64,000 bases of DNA from an uncultured virus (IMG/VR IMGVR_UViG_3300043446_000587) (taxonomy: Duplodnaviria; Heunggongvirae; Uroviricota; Caudoviricetes), in IMG/VR virus record IMGVR_UViG_3300043446_000587. The stretch is one strand, 5' to 3'. The notes under the pieces were generated by a model. It ran no database searches. It was not told the origin of the DNA and saw only the letters and a program-made list of their open reading frames with translations. A program made the translations under genes and the position numbers. Shown here in pieces: positions 1 through 10,333 of this stretch; within the stretch, counting starts at the first letter, position 1; every line of letters begins with the position of its first letter.

Positions 1-894
1 ACCAGAAGTATGCGCCGCCGCAGTCGTACCATTTGCGCCACGAACGCAGCCAGTAAGCGTATTTGTTGACTTACCTGAGTATGTGATGGACTCGGTATCA
101 ATCACAATAGTGCCAGATGCAGAGAATGACGCGGCTGAAGTGAGGGTAATAGATGTGGCGCTAGAGTTGATCGTACCGTTCAGAGTAGTAGTTGCGGAAC
201 CAGCCACCACACCGCCCCAAGTACCGGCGCCCCAGCCAGTAGCCACGGTGTATGTATCCAAACCTGTGTTGATCTGGTAAGTAAAAGTGGCTGTACCTGT
301 GGTGCTGCCAGAGGTGGCGGGGGAACTTACAGTGATGTTGTACTGGTTGCTGTTCAAATATGTGATCTGAAATTCACGGTTTAACGCGGCGGCAGGAATA
401 CCATTAATTGCGCCGCCAACTGCGGAGATCATCACAAAGTCACCGGTTTGTGCACCGTGCCCGGGGTCGTTAACTGTTACCGTTGTTGAGCCGTTGACAG
501 TAGTAAACGCATTAGTAATACCAGCGTTGGTATCACGAATGGGGGTGATGTCATAGAAATAACCGTTGGGGCCGTTCTGGATATAAAACTTCAAATTAGT
601 GCCAAGGCCAAGCAAGTTTTGCCCTGCCAAGGTAATCCAATTCCACATAGAACGGCACACGCCCCAATATGAGCCTGTGGTAGGTGCGGCGGCGCTTTCC
701 GTACCGTCTGCTACAAACGTACCAATAGGTTCGGTTGGGTAGTATGTGCCCGTGTCTTTAACCCAGCCACCAATTTTTTCTGGAAAGCCCGAACGGAAGC
801 GAATCTTGTCGCACTCGAACCAGCCACCTTCGTTGGCTAAAGTTGTGCCTTCGCGGTTGACACCGGGGCGGAATTGAAGTTTTTGTAACGGCAT
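1..894 (-). CDS. Tail/virion structural protein (nozzle/stabilisation-like), N-terminal part; runs off the window start
   Basis: ATG at 894 gives MPLQKLQFRPGVNREGTTLANEGGWFECDKIRFRSGFPEKIGGW..., apparently open to position 1. Absent from the ORF track because there is no stop. Lies directly downstream of the endolysin. Confidence 0.7.
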   Translation of the reverse strand, partial: MPLQKLQFRPGVNREGTTLANEGGWFECDKIRFRSGFPEKIGGWVKDTGTYYPTEPIGTFVADGTESAAAPTTGSYWGVCRSMWNWITLAGQNLLGLGTNLKFYIQNGPNGYFYDITPIRDTNAGITNAFTTVNGSTTVTVNDPGHGAQTGDFVMISAVGGAINGIPAAALNREFQITYLNSNQYNITVSSPATSGSTTGTATFTYQINTGLDTYTVATGWGAGTWGGVVAGSATTTLNGTINSSATSITLTSAASFSASGTIVIDTESITYSGKSTNTLTGCVRGANGTTAAAHTSG

Positions 895-910
895 AGCAGT
901 ATTTTCCTAC

Positions 911-1567
911 TTAGGCGCGGCACTGTCCATAGCACGCATCGTACAACGCTTGGCGTTGCTCGTACCCAATCAAACCGCCATTGATCTTCTTGGTCATGCC
1001 TTTGATGTCGTTGGCGTCTGCGAAAGATGAAAGATTATTCGACTTCCAAAACCATCCAGCACTTCTTGCGGCATAAATAGGTTCAAGGAGCAAATCAGGA
1101 TTGCCCACAAGATCAACGCCCAATGCTTGCCCACACTTTTCATAATTAAATTTTCCAGTCAACTGTTTAAGACCCCTGCCACGGAATTTCCACCCTTCAC
1201 CAGACTCAGCTGGTCCGTTGCCCATACGAGACGAGTACACAAGGTTGGCGATAAGCTCCGGCTTACCCGCTATGCTGTTTGCCACAGCAGTGGGCACTAA
1301 CTTACCGTTCTCTTTGATGGGCTTTTTATCTGCACCAAGGACAGCAAACCGGTTGGGCCAGCACGCAGCTAGCGTAGCGGCTCGGTAGTTAAGATTCTCA
1401 GACAGCATGGTGTAGCCGCCTGACTCATGGCTGGTTTGCGCCAAGAACCCAGCAACGCGCTGGGGGGTGTTGATCTCAAACTCTTGGCAGGTAGCCACTA
1501 CGGCATCAAGCCACTTTTCGGGGTTTTTGATTTTGGCTGCTTGGAGGTCAGCGATGTCTGGCGTCAT
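911..1567 (-). CDS. Endolysin, glycoside hydrolase family 19 (chitinase/lysozyme-like)
   Basis: FLAQTSHESGG, ENLNY, GEGWKFRGRGLKQLTGKFNY, SAGWFW and TKKINGG are typical GH19 endolysin motifs. Confidence 0.92.
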   Translation of the reverse strand: MTPDIADLQAAKIKNPEKWLDAVVATCQEFEINTPQRVAGFLAQTSHESGGYTMLSENLNYRAATLAACWPNRFAVLGADKKPIKENGKLVPTAVANSIAGKPELIANLVYSSRMGNGPAESGEGWKFRGRGLKQLTGKFNYEKCGQALGVDLVGNPDLLLEPIYAARSAGWFWKSNNLSSFADANDIKGMTKKINGGLIGYEQRQALYDACYGQCRA

Positions 1568-2070
1568 TTGTCACCCTTTGCCATATCTTTCATCTGTTTC
1601 ATGGTGTCTTCGCGGCTCTTGTTGGTTTGACCGAAGAAGAATGCAATGATCGCTGGCACAGCAGTACCGATCAGGAAACCCAAGATGATGTTGATGAAGT
1701 CTCGGTTTTTGTTCTCGACGGGCAAGAACGATACAGCAAAGAAGTACAAACCAGCAAAAACGCCCCAGTACCAAGCATAGTAGTACAGGAAGCGGCGAAT
1801 CATAGTGTCGGTTGACTGCATGGCCATCATCTGCATGTCGGTAGCGCGCTGCGCAGACTTTTCGTCCAATGCAGCCATAAACTCAGAATGACGGTTGGCC
1901 TCTTCTTGCAGCTTGGCGTTGTACTCGGGTGTGGCTTCGCCTTCAGGCTTTAGCTCAATGCCCAGCTTCTCTTGCACGGCATCAACGCCTTTTTCAATCA
2001 CCTGATCGGCAACTTTGTGCATCCCGTTGTTTATGAGGTTGGCTACGATGCCAGCAACGATTGGTAACAT
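1564..2070 (-). CDS. Putative holin
   Basis: Two hydrophobic C-terminal segments. Overlaps the endolysin start (ATGA). Confidence 0.6.
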   Translation of the reverse strand: MLPIVAGIVANLINNGMHKVADQVIEKGVDAVQEKLGIELKPEGEATPEYNAKLQEEANRHSEFMAALDEKSAQRATDMQMMAMQSTDTMIRRFLYYYAWYWGVFAGLYFFAVSFLPVENKNRDFINIILGFLIGTAVPAIIAFFFGQTNKSREDTMKQMKDMAKGDK

Positions 2071-2256
2071 TTATTCGTCCTTATCAGGTTTAGGTTCAAG
2101 TTTTGGTTTCTGTTTCTTCTCAAGCTGCTCGGCACGCTGGAGTATGGCTTCGGCTTTGCGCACTTGTTGGTACGAGAACAACGCTGACGCGATTGAAAAC
2201 CCCAGCAGCGCAATCAAACATGTGACGATCAGTACCCACCAGTAGAACTCCTTCAT
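2071..2256 (-). CDS. Small membrane protein of the lysis cassette
   Basis: Start at MKEFYWWVLIV... (ATGA overlap with the upstream gene), one TM helix and a charged tail. Confidence 0.55.
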   Translation of the reverse strand: MKEFYWWVLIVTCLIALLGFSIASALFSYQQVRKAEAILQRAEQLEKKQKPKLEPKPDKDE

Positions 2257-2984
2257 AGAGCGGAAAACAGTGCCGTCATCCACAGCGCGGCCATTCCCAC
2301 CACCACTGCGTACCCCAGCTTTGCCACCAGAAGTTGTTGTTGGTACTCGCGTTGCCATCTTGCGTCAATTTCCTGCTTGCGTTTCAACGCTCTGTCAAAC
2401 TCACGCTCTTCCAGAATCTGGTCATACATCTTGAGAAAACGACTGTAAATTGACTGGAGCCCGATCTCTTTGGGGGTGTAGATCATGGTCTCTCGAATCT
2501 GAACGGTCATCTGTTCAAGCTGCATTTCGATCTGAATCCTGTCTAGCGCGGCACCTTCAATGTCGGTTGTGGTTTTCGATTCTTCTTCAAGCTGGATGCA
2601 GTACTCTTGTAACTGGCGTCTTATCTCAAAAAAGGTTTTTAGCTGTTCGCAAATCTGGTGGATGGCTTGGGTCTGGTACTCCTCGTAACTCAGCTGTTCA
2701 ACAGGCTTTGGTTTGTAGTTGACGCGACTCGGGGTTTTTGGCTGAACACGTTCCTGAACATCAGTCTTGCGAGCAGCCTGTTTCGGTGCCATCCCAAATA
2801 GCCCGGTAATCCAGTCCCAAAGACCGATGACCTCAGCATAGATAGCCTTTGCTTCGCGGACGGTTTTTTCAACTGTTGCCTTCGCATTTTGTATTTCAGC
2901 TTTACCTTGAGACAGCATCTCACAGCCGCTGCGGATCGCCGCAACGGTAGCTTGTGCTGCCATGAGAAGGCTGAACGGGTCCAC
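2253..2984 (-). CDS. Coiled-coil protein with C-terminal TM segment
   Basis: 243-aa ORF in an operon arrangement, with a hydrophobic C-terminus. Confidence 0.6.
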   Translation of the reverse strand: MDPFSLLMAAQATVAAIRSGCEMLSQGKAEIQNAKATVEKTVREAKAIYAEVIGLWDWITGLFGMAPKQAARKTDVQERVQPKTPSRVNYKPKPVEQLSYEEYQTQAIHQICEQLKTFFEIRRQLQEYCIQLEEESKTTTDIEGAALDRIQIEMQLEQMTVQIRETMIYTPKEIGLQSIYSRFLKMYDQILEEREFDRALKRKQEIDARWQREYQQQLLVAKLGYAVVVGMAALWMTALFSAL

Positions 2985-2987
2985 ATG

Positions 2988-4331
2988 TTATTCGTACATG
3001 ATGTTGACGTTGCCAGAGAACGTCGTTGACCCCGAAGTAGAGGTCAAACGAATTCGATCAATAGCGCCGCTAAGAGAAACCGAACCTGCCCCAAACGTAA
3101 TACCGATCGTGTCGTATGTCACCATGTGCGTGCAAGTCCACACATTCCCTGTTTGTTTAACAAGTGTGAGATGTCCAGACATAACATATCCAGAGTATGT
3201 GTACATACGGAATCCAGTGGTGTCTGATCTAGTATCCCCACTACCGCCATACACAGTTTGCCCTGTTGATGTGTATCCTGACGTGGTGTATGACCCGGAA
3301 CCGATCTGTACTAAGGCGTCGATATTGTTTGGTGTAACCCCAACAAAGGTCATCGTGACTCTTGTTACCCAAGACGGTATGCCAGTAAACGCTTTTTCAG
3401 TTACGCCGCTGGATGTATTGACGGTTCCAAATGTGGTGACCGATTGAACAGCGCCTGTTTTTGCGTTGACAGAAGTTACGCCGCCGTTACCCGCAGTGGT
3501 GGCATAGTTAACAGATTGGCTACCAATGTTGCTTGATGTAATAAAAGAACCGCCACTCTGTGGGTTGGTGGCTGTGGCAGCGTTGCCGCCAATACTTAAA
3601 CTTGATGCGGTACCGCTAATGTTTGTACCTACCAAAGTAGAAGGTGTGCCCAAGTTAGGGGTTGTGAGGGTTGGGCTGTTAGCAAACACCAAAGCGCCAG
3701 ACCCCGTTTCATCGGACACGGCAGCGGCCAAGTTTGCGCTAGAAGGCGTACCCAAAAAAGTGGCAACGCCAGAACCAAGACCAGAAACGCCAGTGGATAC
3801 AGGAAGACCAGTACAGTTTGTCAGCGTACCAGAAGATGGGGTACCCAGTGCGGGGGTAGTCAGCGTTGGGCTGGCGATTGTTGGGGAAATGAGATGCGTG
3901 TTCTGCTGGCTGAAGTTTGTACCGTCGCTCCACACAGTCATGGTTTTACCAGCGGGGATAGCCACACCCGTACCAGCCGCAGTTGTGTTGCCAATTACAG
4001 TCGAGTTGTAGATCGTAGCTGTGTAAAGCGATGAGTTGTAGATTGTGTACTGCTTGGAAGCAGGTGGCGCGTACACCGCAAAGTTTGCACCGGTGGAGGT
4101 AGTCAGCGCGAGGTTTGCGTGTACCGCCTGATTAAGTGCTGGGTCTGACGTGCCGCCGTTGATGTAAGTGAGCGCTTGGTTGGCTGAAGCTACAGCCACA
4201 GAAACATAACCCGCGACTGCTTGCTCAAGCACATAGGCCAAGTTGTTGTTGGTGGTAGCGCCCCACACACCGGCTTGGTCGCCGGTGCCAATGAGTTCAA
4301 TACGCAGGTCTGGTGAATAGCTGGAAGACAT
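2988..4331 (-). CDS. Tail fibre / tail spike-like protein
   Basis: G/S/T-rich. TPALGTP repeats shared with the other fibres, a GVTSVN linker and a C-terminal 'GAIDRIRL...GNVNIMYE' tip domain. Confidence 0.75.
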   Translation of the reverse strand: MSSSYSPDLRIELIGTGDQAGVWGATTNNNLAYVLEQAVAGYVSVAVASANQALTYINGGTSDPALNQAVHANLALTTSTGANFAVYAPPASKQYTIYNSSLYTATIYNSTVIGNTTAAGTGVAIPAGKTMTVWSDGTNFSQQNTHLISPTIASPTLTTPALGTPSSGTLTNCTGLPVSTGVSGLGSGVATFLGTPSSANLAAAVSDETGSGALVFANSPTLTTPNLGTPSTLVGTNISGTASSLSIGGNAATATNPQSGGSFITSSNIGSQSVNYATTAGNGGVTSVNAKTGAVQSVTTFGTVNTSSGVTEKAFTGIPSWVTRVTMTFVGVTPNNIDALVQIGSGSYTTSGYTSTGQTVYGGSGDTRSDTTGFRMYTYSGYVMSGHLTLVKQTGNVWTCTHMVTYDTIGITFGAGSVSLSGAIDRIRLTSTSGSTTFSGNVNIMYE

Positions 4332-4340
4332 ATCGTGTCC

Positions 4341-4886
4341 TTATCTGAAGCGTGGCCCGTTAAACCACATTGTCGCTGAGTAGCGCGTGCCTGACAACAC
4401 CGGAACGACGCGGTGTTCAAGGATAGAAGGGAAGGCAATCATGCTGCCTTTGACTAAAGGTGCGGTGTATTCTGAGTACAGCCGAATTTGGAAGTCACCA
4501 CCGGTGAATTCTGCGGGGTCGTTGAGAAGGCACACAACGGTGACCTTACGATCCGTGTCCCTACCGCACAACGGAAAGTTGTCCACGTGCCAGTTGTAAT
4601 GCTGTTCTGGACCGTATTTGGCGAACTGGATGGCCTCTCGCCCTTTTATATCGTAGTCCCACTTGCAGATGTGGTTTGACTCGTGAGCAAAGTTTTCCAT
4701 AGTTTCACCAAACCAATAGTCGTCACGGGCAAACCGAACTTCAGTATTGCGGTGGCCATGAGAGATTTGTTCCCCGTTAACCCCCATAGCGGCGTCCCGT
4801 GGCGGGATAGCCGAAAGCTCCTGCGTGATTTGATCGCACAGGTGAGACGGCACAGAGCCTAAAAACCAGATTGGTAAATGACTCAT
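4341..4886 (-). CDS. 2OG-Fe(II) oxygenase (prolyl-hydroxylase/PKHD-type)
   Basis: HxD (WHVD), FTGGDF, FPS..EHRV.PV..GTRYS motifs. Confidence 0.9.
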   Translation of the reverse strand: MSHLPIWFLGSVPSHLCDQITQELSAIPPRDAAMGVNGEQISHGHRNTEVRFARDDYWFGETMENFAHESNHICKWDYDIKGREAIQFAKYGPEQHYNWHVDNFPLCGRDTDRKVTVVCLLNDPAEFTGGDFQIRLYSEYTAPLVKGSMIAFPSILEHRVVPVLSGTRYSATMWFNGPRFR

Positions 4887-5122
4887 GGTTGGTAGATTGG
4901 TAAAGTTTCTAACTCTGACACGGCAGTAGCGGCGTCAATCTGCTGCTGCATGGCGGCGTACTTATCACGAATAGCCTGACGCTGTGCTTCAACAGCCACA
5001 ACATCTACGCCGGGAATTTGGCTTGCAATCATTGCATCCAGCGGCTTGAACTCCCATGATCTAGCTTCGCGGCGGTAAGTGTGCGCGATTTGTTTTGCTT
5101 TATCCATGTTAACTGTAATCAT
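4883..5122 (-). CDS. Tail-fibre-associated small protein (paralog of 6262..6495)
   Basis: Shares KAK.IAH..RR..R..EF.PLD and QIPG.DV.AVE.QRQAIRDKYAAMQ with 6262..6495. Confidence 0.7.
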   Translation of the reverse strand: MITVNMDKAKQIAHTYRREARSWEFKPLDAMIASQIPGVDVVAVEAQRQAIRDKYAAMQQQIDAATAVSELETLPIYQP

Positions 5123-5412
5123 GAGTCGTCCCTCAAAACAGGTGTGCCATCAAGGTTCCAGCCAATCACGGCATTGGTAGACCCAACACCATAGTCGGCA
5201 CCCACGCCATCATTCAACAACGCAGGGTCAATCTCCCACGCCGATATAAACTGTACAGAAGATGGTAAATCGCTCACATCAACAACCTTGTAAGGCACGC
5301 CGGGTGGCACATCTTTGAGCGCAATTTGCTCAACTGTCAGTCCCGAGGCGGGGGCTGGAGCCAGCATAACCAACCCGTTTCCCCCTTGATAAATGATTCT
5401 CGTGTTTTGCAT
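5119..5412 (-). CDS. Tail-fibre-associated small protein (paralog of 6492..6758)
   Basis: Shares RIIY, GL.VE.IA.KDVP.G.PY and AWE.DP..LNDGVG with 6492..6758. Confidence 0.7.
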   Translation of the reverse strand: MQNTRIIYQGGNGLVMLAPAPASGLTVEQIALKDVPPGVPYKVVDVSDLPSSVQFISAWEIDPALLNDGVGADYGVGSTNAVIGWNLDGTPVLRDDS

Positions 5413-5415
5413 ATA

Positions 5416-6258
5416 TCACCGGAACAAGGTAAAGAAGTTGTAAACAGCGGTGTAGTTCGTACCAGATTCAACCGCCGATGTAGTCCAACGCAGTGTGGTA
5501 GTTGTCGGGGCTTGCAACGATGAACGCCCTGCGACTGTGCACATATTCACACATGTCTGCCGACTACTTTGTGAAGACGCATAGCTTGCACTTGCGTGGC
5601 AACTGTAAAAAGCGTCTGCCATCGCCGTAGAAAAGTTCATGGTGTAGTCGCCCGTACCGTTTACGGTCACACTTGACAGACCTGAACTGTTGTAAATTGA
5701 GCCGGTTCCGTTGAACGACACCCATACACGCGCTGCCCAGTAAGGAGCAGAACCGCTGGTTGAAAGAATGTTTGGTCCCGGTGGGCCAGTAGGTCCGGTA
5801 GGGCCAGTACCACCGGGTGAGCCTGTAGGTCCAGTAGGTCCAGTAGGTCCGGGGGCGCCAGTTGGTCCGGGGCCGCCAGTAGGTCCAGTAGCGCCAGTAG
5901 GGCCAGTAGGGCCAGTAGGGCCAGAAACGCCCGCAGCCCACGTACCATCACCACGCCAGAATGTAGATATGGATGCGCCTGTGCCGCCATTGAACCTTGC
6001 CACAGCCAAGTTACCGGTGCCCTGATTGAGTGGTACGCTGGTAGCGTTTGTCAAATTAACAGCGGACGGCGTGCCCAAATTGGGGGTTGTAAGTACGGGG
6101 CTTACAGATAAAACATTATCGCCAGAACCTGTGGAAGTAGTCACACCCGTACCGCCGTTTGCGACGGGTAGAGTGCCTGAAACACCAGTAGTAAGACTCA
6201 CCTGACCGCTAGTGTTAACAACCTGTCCTGTGTTTGCTAGATTGCGTGATATGGTCAT
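5416..6258 (-). CDS. Short tail fibre with collagen-like (GPT)n segment
   Basis: [11 protein letters not shown] repeat, FWRGDGTW, (Gly-Pro-Thr)n, and a C-terminal ARVWVSFNG...[13 protein letters not shown] tip. Confidence 0.8.
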   Translation of the reverse strand: MTISRNLANTGQVVNTSGQVSLTTGVSGTLPVANGGTGVTTSTGSGDNVLSVSPVLTTPNLGTPSAVNLTNATSVPLNQGTGNLAVARFNGGTGASISTFWRGDGTWAAGVSGPTGPTGPTGATGPTGGPGPTGAPGPTGPTGPTGSPGGTGPTGPTGPPGPNILSTSGSAPYWAARVWVSFNGTGSIYNSSGLSSVTVNGTGDYTMNFSTAMADAFYSCHASASYASSQSSRQTCVNMCTVAGRSSLQAPTTTTLRWTTSAVESGTNYTAVYNFFTLFR

Positions 6259-6261
6259 AGA

Positions 6262-6495
6262 TCACACCCCCAAAATGTTTTTAAGCTCTTGTGGGTCTTG
6301 CGCAGCATCAATCTCAATCTGCATGGCCGCATACTTATCACGGATGGCTTGCCGTTGGGATTCAACCGCACCAACATCTGTGCCGGGTATTTGCTTCATA
6401 ATAACTTTGTCCAAAGGCGCGAACTCTTCTTCACGCTTATCGCGGCGAATGATATGCGCAATTTCCTTTGCTTTTTGAATATTTACAGAAATCAT
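6262..6495 (-). CDS. Tail-fibre-associated small protein
   Basis: Start at MISVNIQ (ATGA overlap). Paralog of 4883..5122. Confidence 0.7.
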   Translation of the reverse strand: MISVNIQKAKEIAHIIRRDKREEEFAPLDKVIMKQIPGTDVGAVESQRQAIRDKYAAMQIEIDAAQDPQELKNILGV

Positions 6496-6758
6496 CTTGC
6501 GCCACCTCTGCCAAACTGTTGAGCGAACCAAGCGTCGGGCCCCAATCCAACACCGTCGTTTAATTCTGAGGGGTCAACTTCCCAAGCCGCACGAAAAGTT
6601 CTATCCGAAGGTACAGATTCCGTATCAACAATAGCGTATGGCAAACCTTGTGGGACATCTTTTTTAGCAATCTCTTCAACGCTTAACCCGCAATCCAGCA
6701 GGGGGACGATGACCGCAACCCCGCCTTCTTCTGTTCTATATATGATTCGTTTTGTCAT
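6492..6758 (-). CDS. Tail-fibre-associated small protein (possible assembly chaperone)
   Basis: Follows the long fibre gene. Paralog of 5119..5412. Confidence 0.7.
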   Translation of the reverse strand: MTKRIIYRTEEGGVAVIVPLLDCGLSVEEIAKKDVPQGLPYAIVDTESVPSDRTFRAAWEVDPSELNDGVGLGPDAWFAQQFGRGGAR

Positions 6759-6769
6759 TGCTGCCTCGG

Positions 6770-9700
6770 TTATCGGAATATGGCCACAGAAACTTGAGTT
6801 GGGTCATACGCACCGGTGTTACCACCCGTACCTACACGAACCGCGCTGGTTGTCTTTGTTGACGTACCGGCAATGTTTTGAGTTGATACTGGAGTTGGTG
6901 GGTTAGCGCCCGCATCCCTTGATTGCGAAACTAAACAGGCATAGTTTGTATCTGCCATCGCAGTACTGAAGTTCACCGTGTAATCACCAACACCGTTGTC
7001 AGTGATTGAAGACACGTTAACGCTTGAGTATATGGACACTGTACCCGAGCCGTTAAAGTTAACCCATGCGCGAGCCATGTAATAGGGTGCACTACCTGTT
7101 GTAGTCGTAACAACGTTCGGTCCCGGGGCACCAGTTGGGCCAGTTGGGCCAGTTGGGCCAGTTGGTCCGGGGCTTCCAGTAAGGCCGGTAGGTCCGGTAG
7201 GGCCAACAGGACCTGTAGGACCCGGAGCGCCAGTGGGACCGGTAGGACCTGTTGGTCCGGTGGGGCCTGAAACACCAGCGGCCCATGTACCGTCGCCGCG
7301 CCAGAAAGTTGATGTAGATGCGCCAGTACCACTGTTCAAATTGGTAACAGGCAAGTTGCCTGTAACGCCTGTGCTGAGTGGTAGGCCGGTAGCGTTTGTG
7401 AGTGTCGCTGCTGATGGCGTACCCAAGTTTGGCGTGGTCAGTGTTGGGCTGCTAGACAAAACAACCGAACCCGTACCTGTAGATGTTGTCGTGCCTGTAC
7501 CACCGTTTGCAACGGGCAGCGTGCCTGTCACCTGACTAGCCAAGTTAATTGGTAACTGAATCAGTGTGCCAGTGGCGTATGCAATCAGTTCAACAATATC
7601 GCCACTGGTAGCGCCCGTAGCCAATACAACAGACGAGCCGTTGCTTGCGGTGTAGTCGCTGGCGTTCAACAGCACGCCGTTCAAGAACACCTCTACATAC
7701 CCAACTGTGTATGCTGCAACAAAAGTTGTTTGGCCGCCGGTAGCAGTAAACGCTGTCCGAGTGTAAGACCCCGCAGTATTTGTAGCTGTTGCCCATGTAC
7801 CGTCACCGCGCCAAAATGTGCCTGATGAAGCGTTGGTTCCACTATTCAAGTTAGTTACGGGCAGATTACCTGTCACGCCGGTGGACAGTGGGAGTCCAGT
7901 AGCGTTTGTTAGCGTAGCAGCCGAAGGTGTACCCAAATTAGGTGTGACAAGCGTAGGGCTGCTGGACAGCACCACAGAACCTGAACCAGTGGACGAAGTT
8001 ACGCCGGTGCCGCCGTTTGCCACGGGCAAAGTGCCGGATACATGAGTGGCCAAGCCAATCTTGCCCCATGATGGGTTAGCGGCGACACCGCCCGAGATGA
8101 GTGCGTTACCTACTGCAACATCGGCTAGCGCAGCGAGTGTGGTTGTCGTATCTGCGTAAAGCAAATCCCCCACAGCGTAAGAGGCAAGGCCAGTGCCACC
8201 ACGGTTAGCAGCAATAGTGCTAGCGTTCCAAGTGCCAGCAGTAAGAGTGCCGACGCCAGTAATTCCTGTGTAAGAGCCAGTAAGCCGACCCGTCGGTAAA
8301 GTGCCTGAAGTGATGTTGCTTGCATTGGTCGTATCTGTTGTGGCCGATGGTGCTAGACCGGTGATGTCAGATGCAGCGGGTTGGTCCCACACGGGCGCTT
8401 GCGCAGATGTACCTGTACCAGTTTGGCTCAAGAACTTCTTGGTCGTTGTGGTGTTGCGAGTTACCACATCAAGCGTGGTAGTCGTGTTCGCGTAGACCAT
8501 CTCGCCTACGTTGTAGGCTGTAATCCCAGTACCACCGTTGGTAGCTGGCAAAGCACCGGAAACAGCGCCTGATTGGTTCAGAGCGACAGCGTTCCATTCG
8601 ACGTTTGTGCCGCCAGCGTTGACAACCAAAGAACGATAAGCAGAACCAATACCCAGCTTGGCCCAAGTGTTTGTGCCAGAGCCATAGAGCAGGTCGCCTG
8701 TTGTGACTGTATTTGTGCCTGTGCCACCGTTAGTGGCGGCAACCGTACCGGTCAGCGAAATGGTTTGTCCAGTGACATCAATGTTCGTGCCACCGATATA
8801 TGTCGGCACAGATGAGAACAATGTGTAGGTGATGCCGGTGTACCCAATAATGATGATGCCGGGCGTCGTCAACACATACGACTCTGAGTTCGACTGAACA
8901 AAGAAGTAGTCGCCTTCACTCAACCCACTTGTGTCAGAAGGGCTGTAGTAGTTGGCGTCAGTTGCACGGGTCAGCTTCCACTTAGATGCGCCAGAACCCA
9001 GCGATGTGACTGTGTAGACACCGTTCCAATACGATGTGGATTGGTTGTACACCAACACACGATCGCCGGTAGTTACGCCAGCAACAGGCAGTGTTGCATT
9101 TGCAGAAGACTCAAGGTATGCGCCCACACCAGAGTTGGCACGAGTGGCATAAGACAGACCAGACGCATTGGTCAGGCCAGTAAGCAACGGCCCGTTCCAC
9201 GAAGCAGTGAGCTGCAACGAGGTTGTCGTTGGGGTGGCGTAAACAAAGTATGGTGTGTTGATCGACAAACCATTACCCGCAGTTGTGGTCAACCAAATCT
9301 GGTTATCCACGGACAGCCCGTGGGTTGTAGACGTTACAACAGTGTTGCCACCGGTGATTTGCGTAATGTTGAAAGTCGTGCCACCTTGGGTGTAGACAGC
9401 AGACAAAGCCGCGCTTGTTTCAGCCGCAACGGGGGTGTGGATGTGAATACCGGTTGTGGCAACGTTGTCAACATACGCCTTGGTCACAAATTCGTTGTTT
9501 GCTGGGGATGTGACAGAGGGCGAGGTAGAAGTAACAGCCGCAGTAAAAGTACCGCCAGTAGCGTTCACGTTACCGCCAGCGTTTACATCAGATGCCGTGG
9601 TTACAGCCTTAGTTGTCTTGTCGATGCGTACGGCTTCATCAGTTGGGTCAACACCACCAGCGAACAATACCAAGTCGTCTGTGGCACTACCGACAAACAT

Positions 9701-10324
9701 CTCGCCGCCGTCGTTGAACGCATAGGCAGAGTTGGGAGTAAAGATGGGATATGTGGCCGAGCTGTAGTTCGAGCTGTTGATACCAACGTCAACAAAGTTA
9801 TTTACCCCGTCACCAAGGTCGTTATACGCAACAAAGTCGGCTGATGCTTCGGAGCCGTCATTCAAGTTTTGGGCGTAGAACTGCGCAAACGAATTAACGT
9901 CGGCGTACATCTCGCCAAGCGCTGCCGTGAAGGTTGTGTACCCAGTAACACCGTTGCCAATCACGGTGATTGGGCCGCCGTCGATCAAAACGTTGCCAGC
10001 TATTTCTTCGTAGATGGCTTTTTCAGCGGGGTAGGTAAGAAATACTTCTTTGTCGCCAGCGCCAAAAGAAATCTTGCTTGTAGTGGCCGCACTGTTTGAC
10101 AGCACTGTAGTGCGCACCAGCGTACCGCCAGCCGTGGTGGTGTACTGCCCATAACCAACTTCCCAAGCACCGGTAGTTTGGTCAAAACAGCAGTAGTAGG
10201 TGAAATTGTTTGCGCCGATGACGGAGAAGGTTTGATACCCCGATGGCGCACCGCCAAGCACAAAATCAGCTGTGCCGGTTGTAGCTGTGGTTTCTTTAAC
10301 TCTGTCTTTTAGAACGATTGCCAT
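6770..10324 (-). CDS. Long tail fibre protein with collagen-like segment
   Basis: 1184 aa. N-terminal [13 protein letters not shown], repeated NGGTG motifs, (GPT)n, and a tip domain paralogous to 5416..6258. Confidence 0.85.
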   Translation of the reverse strand: MAIVLKDRVKETTATTGTADFVLGGAPSGYQTFSVIGANNFTYYCCFDQTTGAWEVGYGQYTTTAGGTLVRTTVLSNSAATTSKISFGAGDKEVFLTYPAEKAIYEEIAGNVLIDGGPITVIGNGVTGYTTFTAALGEMYADVNSFAQFYAQNLNDGSEASADFVAYNDLGDGVNNFVDVGINSSNYSSATYPIFTPNSAYAFNDGGEMFVGSATDDLVLFAGGVDPTDEAVRIDKTTKAVTTASDVNAGGNVNATGGTFTAAVTSTSPSVTSPANNEFVTKAYVDNVATTGIHIHTPVAAETSAALSAVYTQGGTTFNITQITGGNTVVTSTTHGLSVDNQIWLTTTAGNGLSINTPYFVYATPTTTSLQLTASWNGPLLTGLTNASGLSYATRANSGVGAYLESSANATLPVAGVTTGDRVLVYNQSTSYWNGVYTVTSLGSGASKWKLTRATDANYYSPSDTSGLSEGDYFFVQSNSESYVLTTPGIIIIGYTGITYTLFSSVPTYIGGTNIDVTGQTISLTGTVAATNGGTGTNTVTTGDLLYGSGTNTWAKLGIGSAYRSLVVNAGGTNVEWNAVALNQSGAVSGALPATNGGTGITAYNVGEMVYANTTTTLDVVTRNTTTTKKFLSQTGTGTSAQAPVWDQPAASDITGLAPSATTDTTNASNITSGTLPTGRLTGSYTGITGVGTLTAGTWNASTIAANRGGTGLASYAVGDLLYADTTTTLAALADVAVGNALISGGVAANPSWGKIGLATHVSGTLPVANGGTGVTSSTGSGSVVLSSSPTLVTPNLGTPSAATLTNATGLPLSTGVTGNLPVTNLNSGTNASSGTFWRGDGTWATATNTAGSYTRTAFTATGGQTTFVAAYTVGYVEVFLNGVLLNASDYTASNGSSVVLATGATSGDIVELIAYATGTLIQLPINLASQVTGTLPVANGGTGTTTSTGTGSVVLSSSPTLTTPNLGTPSAATLTNATGLPLSTGVTGNLPVTNLNSGTGASTSTFWRGDGTWAAGVSGPTGPTGPTGPTGAPGPTGPVGPTGPTGLTGSPGPTGPTGPTGPTGAPGPNVVTTTTGSAPYYMARAWVNFNGSGTVSIYSSVNVSSITDNGVGDYTVNFSTAMADTNYACLVSQSRDAGANPPTPVSTQNIAGTSTKTTSAVRVGTGGNTGAYDPTQVSVAIFR

Positions 10325-10333
10325 GCCATGCCT

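Noticed and set aside
5564..7535. Alternative-frame ORFs with YWPYW or LLALL repeats and antisense GPV repeats
   Set aside because: These are frame and strand shadows of the (GPT)n collagen codons.
5416..8040. Repeated fibre segments as a DGR template/variable pair
   Set aside because: No reverse transcriptase is present, the repeats are all within coding fibre shafts, and the differences look synonymous rather than adenine-specific.
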